From: Fonticula alba ATCC 38817
Taxonomy: Eukaryota > Protista > Nucleariida
DNA length: 36,493 nucleotides
Direction: 5' to 3' (one strand)
NCBI GenBank assembly: GCA_000388065.2
Contig: KB932203.1
Shown in pieces: positions 22,019 through 30,802 of this stretch (within the stretch, counting starts at the first letter, position 1; the number at the start of each line of letters is the position of its first letter). The translations under genes and the position numbers were made by a program. The notes under the pieces are model-generated. The model was not told the DNA's origin, searched no databases, and saw only the letters and a program-made list of their open reading frames with translations.

Positions 22019-25000
22019 ACCCGGGGGCAAAAGAGCACCAACAATCCGCCCGCGGAGAGATGCTCCCCCGGGGCCGGGCACCGCGCCCGAGAGGGAGGAA
22101 AAAAGGCCGATAGGGGGTGGTTCGAAGCAACACAAGCCAACCGGCCGCGCGACGGTCGGCCTGAGGGTTCGGCGCACGGCCGTGCAACTCCGGCCCGGGG
22201 CACATGTGGCCGCATCCGCTGCTTCGGCCTCTTCTGCGCGCGGCCAGCGCCGGAGATCCCCCCCCCCCCCCCCCCCCCCCCCTCACGACGCCCTGGCCGG
22301 GCGAGGGCGCGAGGATGCTGCACTTTCCATCCCGCCCCCCCCCCCCCGGGTGCGGACCGCCCCGGCCGGCCCGAAGAAGACAAGCGAGCAAGCAATCGAG
22401 CAGGTCCGACGGCTGAGGGCGGGAGGCGCTGGGCGTGGGATTGACATTTATAATAATGACCAAATATCGCCTGGGCTATTACCTTCCGGGTGGGAGAAAA
22501 GCTCTGACCCCCCCCCCGCCCCCCCCCCCGATGCTCGCGCAGTGGGGCCGGCCACCGTGCGCGCTTGTCCCACCTCTCCCTCGGCCGGGCTCCCTCTCGC
22601 TCTCTCTGTGCCTCCCCTCGCCCGGGCGTCGGAATAAAGCCCCTCCAAAGGGGCCGAGTTTCGTCGACTGCCCGTCCCCCGCCCCGGCCTCTAGCTGCCT
22701 GCCTCATGGGTCCCTTGTCGGACTTTGTCCGTCGCCGGCCTATGCTGTGGCATCATTTCTGGGAGGCGAGGCTGGGAGGGGGGGGGGGGGGAGTCACGGT
22801 GTGGGAGTGCCGCGGTTCGCGGCTGCGCCAGCCTGCCGGGCCCGGCGCGCGCCCCGGCCAGCCCGGCGCCGCCGAGGAGCCAGGTGACGGCCCTCGGATG
22901 CCGACGCGCCCTGTCTGCCAACGGAGGAGGCTTACAGATCCGGAGAAGTAGCTCCCAGGTACTGGGGAATTCCTGTGTGTGTGTGGGGCTGTGCGCGGGC
23001 GTGGGGGGGGGCGCGCGCGCGTACACGCGGAAATGGGCGACGCGCTACGGGCTTTGGGGCCGGGGATTCTGCAAACGTGATCACCAGATGGGTGGTCAGC
23101 CGACCAGGACTGACCCACCGGCCAGACCGGTTTGTGCCGAGGCGCCCGGGCGTCGGGGCCGTTTAATAAAAGCCGCCCAGAGCATCCGGTCGAGGCGGGC
23201 AGGGGGGGGGGGGGGGGGCCTTCCCCGGGGAATGCCCACCAAGGAGAAACGATATTCTGCCGCGGCTGGCCGGCGCGGTAAACAAGTTCCCGCGGCAGAA
23301 GCGTGAAATTGTGCCCCCCCCCTCCCCCTGCCCCCGCGGTCCCCGGCTCCCGGCTGCCCCCGGCCGATGATGCAGGTTGGCCGACCCTGGCGAGGGAGGG
23401 GCCGGCGGACCGGCAAATATACCCCCTACCCCGGACTCCGGGAGGATCTAAACCTAGGCTCTCGGGCGTTGGCCCCGGCGCCGGGCGCCGGTCGGGTCCT
23501 CGCCCGGCGGCGCCGCCCCGGCCTGCTCCCCATATGGCATGGGGCTTTTTCCTTTATTTCTGGCCCGGGGATGCGTCCATCCCCCCTGGGGCCCCTCCGG
23601 CGGGCGCCCGCCGAGTCGAGCTTCTTGCCCCCGGCCCGGGCCCGGCGTAGCGTCGTTCGGGCCCGGGCCGAAGGAGCAGCACGCTCCGACGGGGAATCCC
23701 CCATCGAGGTGACCATGTTCCGCGCGGTCAACGTAGGCGCCGACGGACGGCCCTCCTGCCGGGCGTCCGAGGTGTCGGTCCCCCCTCCGGCGGGGGGAGC
23801 CCGGGCCCGGCCATCCGTGTGCATGTCATCGTGGCCGTCCGGTGGCTGCTGCCCACACCTCTCCGGGCGCAAGATCCCGGGCCTCCAGGCCGGCCGGGGG
23901 CGCCGCGGCGCCCACAAGCAGGCATCTCCGCCAACCGCAATGCGTGTCTGGCCGAGAGAGGGAGAGAGAGAGATGGAGAGAGATGGAGAGAGAGAGAGAG
24001 AGCCCAAACAAGAGGGCTGGCGAAAAAGCTCCCGAGAGTGAGAGCAGGCTGCCTGCCCCCTGGGGCGGGGGGCGGCACCTGTGTTTCCCGTCGGCCAGCC
24101 GCCGAAACTGCACGCGGGAACTCCGGCGCGCGCTGAGGCGTGCGTGCGTGCATGCGTGTGTGTGTTGGCGGGTGGGTCGGGTGGGTCGGGTGTCACCGCT
24201 CCAGAGCACGCACACGCATGCCCCAAGCGCGCGACTGGCCGGGGCGCGGCTCCCCGCCCCGCGGCTCTGTCTGGAGGTGGTCGGCCCCCTGGGGCGTTTT
24301 CTTCGTCCCCCGGGCCCCTTCTCTCTGCCCAGCTGGCGATCTCGAACCGCAGGCGTGTTCCCATCGTCCCCCCCCCCCCCCCGCGCCCCCGAGCTCGCCC
24401 GGTGGAGCCGGGTGGCCCGCGGGCGTCTTGATCGAAATGCCTACTCTCGCGGCATTTGCTCATTCCTCGGAAGGGCCGGCCCTCCCGGCCCGGCGGCCGG
24501 TCTTTGGCGCGGTCGCGCCCGGCCGCCGCTTGGCCCTCGTTCCCAGTTTCTTCGGCCCAGGACGCTCGCGCTATGTCCCCTCCTCTACCTCTCGCGCTGT
24601 CTTTGTGCGTCTTTCTCCCCGCCGCTCTCTTGCCCGGCTGCTCGGGCGCGCCAGGGCCCCCNNNNNNNNNNNNNNNNNNNNNNNNNNNNNNNNNNNNNNN
24701 NNNNNNNNNNNNNNNNNNNNNNNNNNNNNNNNNNNNNNNNNNNNNNNNNNNNNNNNNNNNNNNNNNNNNNNNNNNNNNNNNNNNNNNNNNNNNNNNNNNN
24801 NNNNNNNNNNNNNNNNNNNNNNNNNNNNNNNNNNNNNNNNNNNNNNNNNNNNNNNNNNNNNNNNNNNNNNNNNNNNNNNNNNNNNNNNNNNNNNNNNNNN
24901 NNNNNNNNNNNNNNNNNNNNNNNNNNNNNNNNNNNNNNNNNNNNNNNNNNNNNNNNNNNNNNNNNNNNNNNNNNNNNNNNNNNNNNNNNNNNNNNNNNNN

Positions 25001-25297
25001 NNNNNNNNNNNNNNNNNNNNNNNNNNNNNNNNNNNNNNNNNNNNNNNNNNNNNNNNNNNNNNNNNNNNNNNNNNNNNNNNNNNNNNNNNNNNNNNNNNNN
25101 NNNNNNNNNNNNNNNNNNNNNNNNNNNNNNNNNNNNNNNNNNNNNNNNNNNNNNNNNNNNNNNNNNNNNNNNNNNNNNNNNNNNNNNNNNNNNNNNNNNN
25201 NNNNNNNNNNNNNNNNNNNNNNNNNNNNNNNNNNNNNNNNNNNNNNNNNNNNNNNNNNNNNNNNNNNNNNNNNNNNNNNNNNNNNNNNNNCCCCGCC

Positions 25298-26914
25298 ATG
25301 TCCCAGGCGACTGCTCCCTCCGTCGCCGGCCAGGAGGCCGCCCCCCAGGCCGCCCCGCCGAAGCCCGTCGTCGTCGCCGCCGCCGCCGTCCCGGGCCCTG
25401 CCGGCAGCAACTTCTTCATTGTCTTCAAGGACCTTCTGGCCGGTGGTGTCGCCGGCGCCGTGTCCCGTACGGTGGTCTCCCCGCTTGAGCGCATGAAGAT
25501 CCTCTTCCAGGTGCGCCCTCTGCCCGCCATTTGCCGCCCCCCTGCCCCGGCTCCGCCTCGTGCCCGTGCCCGCGAGTGCTGACCCACCCGCCCTACTGTC
25601 GCCCCTCCCCCCCCCCCCCTCCCTCCTCACATGCACATGTACACACCTTTCCTGGATCGTGCACAGGTCCAGGATGGTGCGGCCGACGCCTACCGCGGCA
25701 TCGTGCCCACCCTGCGTAAGATCGCCACCGAGGAGGGCTGGCGCGGCTTCTTCAAGGGCAACGGCACCAACGTCATTCGGATCGCCCCCTACTCGGCCAT
25801 TCAGTTCGCCTCCTTTTCTCAGTACAAGAAGGTGCGCCGAATTCCCCGCCGCACCCGCACCCGCACCCGCCCCCCCCCCCCTCCCCCCTGCCCTCTCTGC
25901 TCGCATGCGCGGCTGTCCTGCCTCTCCGTCTATCTCTCTCTCTCCCCCTCCCCATGCGCCTGCGCACACATGCACACACCTCGCCCCCTACTCACCTGCC
26001 GGCCTGTAGATTGCCCTCTCCATCACCGGGACCGAGTACCTCGCCCCGGTCCCCAGCCTGATTGCCGGTGCCTGTGCCGGTATCACCTCCTCCACCATGA
26101 CCTACCCACTGGACATCATTCGGACCCGGCTGTCCGTCCAGACCGACGGTTCGTCACTCCGGCTCCCTCCACCTCGCAGCGCCCCCCCTCCCCCCTCCTG
26201 ACCCAGGCGTCCCCGCCCCGCCGGCTTGTGCCCCGCTCTCCCGTCTGCCGGTCCGGCTCCCCCTCCCCCCCCCCTCTCTCTCTCTCTCTCAGGCCGCTAT
26301 CGCTCCATGTGGCATGCCATCGCCGAGGTGTACAAGCATGAGGGCGGCGTGCGCGGCCTTTACCGCGGCCTGTCGCCCACCCTGCTCGGTGTGGCCCCTT
26401 ATGTGGCGATCAACTTCACCACCTACGAGACCCTGCGGCGCTTCTTCGCCGAGCAGGAGGCTCTCAAGGATGAGAACCACCACCGCGACCCGAAGAGCAT
26501 CCAGCCCACCGGCCTGCAGAAGTTCTTCTCCGGTGCCGTGGCCGGTGCCACCGCGCAGACCTGTGCGTTTCCCTTTGCCCGCCGTGCTCCCCCCCCCCCT
26601 CCCCCCTACACACACGCATCGCATGCATATGTTTCCCCCTGGTCCCTTACGCTGGCCTCCCCCTTCCCCTCCCGCATCACACCCACGCAGTCACCTACCC
26701 CCTGGATCTGGTTCGTCGGCGTATGCAGATGATGGGCATGCCCGACTGCCGGTACCGCTACTCCAGCACCCTTGACGCCTTCCGGACCATCGCCCGTGTG
26801 GAGGGGATACGCGGCCTCTTTAAGGGCATGTTGCCCAACTACCTGAAGGTGGTCCCCCTGATGGGTGTTAACTTCCTCGTCTACGAGTGGTGCAAGCGCC
26901 TCCTCAACCCTTGA
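25298..26914 (+). CDS. Mitochondrial carrier (SLC25), YPR011C / plant ADNT1 / SLC25A42-like adenine-nucleotide or CoA-type carrier, 336 aa, 5 exons
   Basis: Exons 25298-25510, 25667-25831, 26010-26148, 26293-26562 and 26691-26914, total 1011 nt. Three carrier signature motifs Px[DE]xx[KR]: [29 protein letters not shown]. Also [21 protein letters not shown]. The start has the context ccgccATG but lies directly after an N gap. Confidence 0.93.
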
Positions 26915-27291
26915 GCGAGAGCCGGCCAGGCAAATCCCGGATGAAAGGGGGCCGCGCGCACGCGGTCGGCCTCCCTTTTTCTTGTCTCCCTCCCCAGCTT
27001 CTGCCTTCCCGCCTGCTTCTCCCCGTCCCTCTTCCCCCCCCTCCCCCTCTCCCTCTCTGCTCCTCATCCCCTTCACAATATCCGCCCCCCGTCCTTTGCA
27101 TTTTGGCGCGGTGGCGTATGCCCCTCGCGCGCGCGTAAGTGCCCCTTGCTCTCCCCCCCCCTCTCTTCCTCCTCCCCCCCCCTCAATAGACATATACACT
27201 TGTGGCTGGGCCAGTGGCGGGGCCTGTGCGTGTGTCTGTCTGTTTTCCGTGTCTGTGTGGATGTGTGCGCGCGGCGTCGCGCTAGGGCACG

Positions 27292-27599
27292 CCTGGCGTG
27301 TCCCCCTTCGGCGAGAGGCCGCCGGCCCGGGGGGAGGGAGGTAGCCTCCGGGACGGGCCGCCGGGCTACCGGGTCTCAGACACCAGAATCTGGTCCACCC
27401 GCCGGGTAATCACGCGCAGCAACAGTTCACAGGCCGTCCCCCGGGGCTTCGGCGGCGGCTGTGGCTAATTGTCGGGCGGCCGATCGGGCGCAAAGTCCCG
27501 CTCGGATGCCAACGCATTCGCGCTTCGCGCAATCTCCACGTGAGGCGATGGCAGTCGAACGTACGAACCCCCCCGCACCAGAACGTGGGACACGCCAGG
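27292..27599. ncRNA. Candidate structured RNA or inverted-repeat-bounded element, identity unknown
   Basis: A perfect 13-bp inverted repeat (27292-27304 / 27587-27599) encloses several hairpins, including a cUUCGg loop. A T5 run follows at 27646-27650. I could not recognise any Rfam family signature by eye. Confidence 0.35.
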
Positions 27600-28111
27600 G
27601 ACGCCTCCTCCTTTGGATGAGAGGGAGGGCGCATGCGCGGGGGTGTTTTTGCACACACCCACATCCACATCCACACACACATGTAGCGTCAGACAAGTGG
27701 CAGGGAAGTCGGCCGNNNNNNNNNNNNNNNNNNNNNNNNNNNNNNNNNNNNNNNNNNNNNNNNNNNNNNNNNNNNNNNNNNNNNNNNNNNNNNNNNNNNN
27801 NNNNNNNNNNNNNNNNNNNNNNNNNNNNNGGGAGAGAAAGGGAAAGAGCGACACACACACATGGCAGGTAAGGACCGAGGAACGGCCCAGTCTCGATGAC
27901 CTTCCCGATGGATGGCGCGTCCCCGCGGAGGTCGATGGGCACATCCCCACCCACCAGTAGTTTGCCGGGCCTTTTTTTAGAGAGTCGCCTCCTGGGCTTG
28001 CATCACCACAACACGCACCTGTCCCCCTCTTCCACGCCCCCTTCCCTATCCACCCAATACCCTGCCATCTTCCCCTCGCCCCAGGGGTAATACCGAGAAA
28101 GAGCCGCTCAG

Positions 28112-28675
28112 ATGTCCGGCCCGATTCTTTTCGGCCTGGCGGCAGCGGCCACCTTCTTGGGGATTCGTTACGCCCCTCGGGTGGCCAGTGCCGCACGCAA
28201 TGCCATCCGCATGGCCACCGCGCAGAAGACCATGCATGAGCAGGCCCGCGGCCGGGCCGGTAAGACAGACAGCGACCCCGGATCCGGGCGCTCCGAGAGT
28301 GCCTACCAAGACTGGATCCGTCAGCAGCAGCAGCAGCAGCAACAACAACAGCAGGGCCGACCACGCGGCCCGAGCCAGTCCTCCTTCCAGCAGGGACAAT
28401 ATCAACAGACACAGCAGCAGCAGGGGCAGACGGGCCAGGTGCCCCCCTTCACCTTCCGCTTCACCTTACCGAATGGCACGGTGTTCACCTTCAGCTCCGA
28501 TGGCGCCGGGCCCTCATTCTCCAGCTCGAACCCCATCTTCAACACCATCTTCGAGCACATCCGCCGGTCGGGAGCCACGGCGTCCCAGCAGCAGCAGCAG
28601 CAGCACCAGCAGCAGCGCTACCAGCAGGCGCGCCAGCAGCAGCAAGATCGCTTCCGGGACTTTTATGAGCAGTTT

Positions 28676-28714
<39 letters not shown>

Positions 28715-29055
28715 CGCCAGCAGTCGTCGTACGGTGGCGGCTCTCGGGCCGGGTCCTCCAGTTCCAACTTCATGACCCGCTCGGACGCCCTGCAAATCCT
28801 TGGTCTCCGGTACGCGTCCCGATGCCTCCGACCTCGTTGCCTCCCCTCCGCCTCCTTGCGCGGCTAACTCATGCTCTGCTGTCCATTTTGTCGCGACTCG
28901 CTGGCAGGTCCCACCCGCCCCCGACCGAGAAGGAGATCGGTGCTGCCTATCGCAAGCTGATGTTGGTGAATCACCCCGACCGCGGCGGCTCGCCTGAGAA
29001 GACTGCCAAAATCAATGAGGCGCGGTCCATCCTCCTGCGTGGGCTTGGTCGGTGA
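28112..29055 (+). CDS. PAM18: PAM18/Tim14/DNAJC19-like mitochondrial J-domain protein with long Q-rich insertion, 281 aa, 2 exons
   Basis: Exons 28112-28809 and 28908-29055, with a phase-2 intron GTACGC...CTAAC...GCAG. N-terminal hydrophobic segment PILFGLAAAATFLGIRY. C-terminal short J-domain MTRSDALQILG...YRKLMLVNHPDRGGSPEKTAKINEARSIL, which follows the PAM18-family pattern. Orthology versus paralogy is not established. Confidence 0.8.
28322..28722 (+). repeat. Coding (CAG)n polyglutamine tracts in the J-protein
   Basis: Q runs near 28322-28353, 28587-28644 and 28678-28722. Confidence 0.9.
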
Positions 29056-29689
29056 GGCGGTGCCGGGGCACCTGTGCGAACGGCAGGCCCCCCCCCCCCC
29101 CNNNNNNNNNNNNNNNNNNNNNNNNNNNNNNNNNNNNNNNNNNNNNNNNNNNNNNNNNNNNNNNNNNNNNNNNNNNNNNNNNNNNNNNNNNNNNNNNNNN
29201 NNNNNNNNNNNNNNNNNNNNNNNNNNNNNNNNNNNNNNNNNNNNNNNNNNNNNNNNNNNNNNNNNNNNNNNNNNNNNNNNNNNNNNNNNNNNNNNNNNNN
29301 NNNNNNNNNNNNNNNNNNNNNNNNNNNNNNNNNNNNNNNNNNNNNNNNNNNNNNNNNNNNNNNNNNNNNNNNNNNNNNNNNNNNNNNNNNNNNNNNNNNN
29401 NNNNNNNNNNNNNNNNNNNNNNNNNNNNNNNNNNNNNNNNNNNNNNNNNNNNNNNNNNNNNNNNNNNNNNNNNNNNNNNNNNNNNNNNNNNNNNNNNNNN
29501 NTCTCTCTCTCTCTCTCTCTCGCGGCTGGAGCAGCCACCCCTCTGTCAATAGATCGATCCACAGCAGCAACATGCGTGCCCCTCGATCCGCCTTTCTCCC
29601 TCCCCCCCTGTCGGCCTGAGTTGTGTACCTGCGGTGGGGCGCACGCGTGACGAGAAAAAGCAGACATCAGGCAAAAAGAATGAGGTTTG

Positions 29690-29762
29690 CGCTCCCGCAC
29701 GGGATCGAACCGCGGACCTTGGGATTAACAGTCCCACGCTCTACCTACTGAGCCACAGGAGC
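29690..29762 (-). tRNA. trnN: tRNA-Asn (GTT), 73 nt, no intron
   Basis: Acceptor stem GCTCCTG/CGGGAGC, D arm GCTC/GAGC, anticodon stem TGGGA-CTGTTAA-TCCCA, T loop TTCGATC, discriminator G. A Pol III terminator (T5) lies downstream at 29673-29677 on the minus strand. Confidence 0.97.
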
Positions 29763-30802
29763 ACACGTGTAGGCGGCCACGAAAGCCATTTATTATTTTC
29801 GGCCAAGCGGCACGCCCTTGCCCCACCTCGACGCGGGCACACGGGATGCTGCCACCTGGCTCACTTCCACACTGCTCCCCCCGCTGCTTGGCCCCTGTCC
29901 TACGCCTACGTGCCTCGCAGGTGAGGCAGGCTGCTCGGGCTCTCTTGCCTCCGTCCTTTGTTCGCCTTTATGATCCCTCCCTGTCCCGCACGGATCCACC
30001 GACGCCAGCCGGCGCCCTTCACGTCCCCAAGGGTCCTCGGGCGGGAACATTTCCTCTGCTCCCCTGGCCCGAAGTAATGGCCTCCCCCCCCCCCCCCCCC
30101 CCTGCTATTCGTGCAACGTCAGACATCATCCTTGGNNNNNNNNNNCCCCGCTGCTATTCGTGCAACGTCAGACATCATCCTTGGGCCCACCGCTAGGATT
30201 GGCTGGCGGCGAAGGGGTCCACTCGCGCGGCCCCGCGACCCCCGTCACACACAGCAGGGAGGTGTCGGCCCTCGGGGCCCCTGCATTGTTTGCTCCTCGG
30301 TGAAGCACGCATCTTGGAGCGGAGCCTTCCGGATGGCAGCCAGGTCTCGCCTGCAAGCGGTCACATAGACCCCCGCCCGCCAGCAGAACGCCTGGTGGCC
30401 CCCACAGACACAGGCCTCAAATGTGGGGAGGACGGCCGAGAGCCGCCACGACACATGCTCGGCAAAGAAAAGAAAAAAGCCCGACCATCATGACGGCTAG
30501 CATGGCAAGAGACAAGCAGGTTGCAGGTGCAACAAAGGAAAAGTTGTATTCAAGAGGGGAGAGAAGGGCGAGAGACAGAGGGAGAGAGAGAGAGAGAGGA
30601 AGGGGGGGGGGGGGAAATGAATCAAGAAGGAGAAAAGGACAGTTGCGTCGGGCGCAGGGGGGGAAATATGAGCAGGGGCAAAATGGGCGGGGGAGGAGGA
30701 GCCGAGGGCGAGGAGAGCGACGCAGGAAGAGGAGCACATCCGGCCCGGCTCCGCGTCCGGTGGGGGTCTCCGCCCCCCCATCCCCCGCCCCTCCCTTGGC
30801 CC

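Noticed and set aside
22441-22454. Perfect bacterial -35 (TTGACA) and -10 (TATAAT) hexamers
   Set aside because: The spacer is 2 nt instead of about 17 and the context is eukaryotic, so this is coincidence.
22478-22510. LPSGWEKSSD resembling the start of a WW domain
   Set aside because: There is no downstream YY/F..H...T.W..P half and no usable splice donor, and it runs into poly-C.
23655-23680. CGGGCCGAAGGAGCAGC resembling SRP RNA helix 8
   Set aside because: It lacks the CAGG symmetric-loop strand and a proper GNRA tetraloop, and there is no surrounding SRP structure or Alu domain.
24662-25297. Possible EF-hand N-terminal extension (SCaMC/SLC25A24-type) hidden in the gap before the carrier
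   Set aside because: The ATG at 25298 has a strong ccgccATG context, and the protein is complete and of YPR011C/ADNT1 type without it. It cannot be fully excluded because of the gap.
27292-27599. Assignment of the structured element to RNase P, RNase MRP, SRP, U4 or an HDV-like ribozyme
   Set aside because: Only short partial matches were found (AAAGTCCC, GCTAATTG, CTCCACG, CAGATTCTGGTG), in the wrong order or on the wrong strand, and the required pairings could not be built. It is kept only as an unidentified candidate.
30102-30184. 34-bp direct repeat (30102-30135 and 30151-30184) that could look like a CRISPR repeat or a duplication
   Set aside because: There are only two copies and they flank a 10-N gap, so this is most likely a contig-end overlap artefact.
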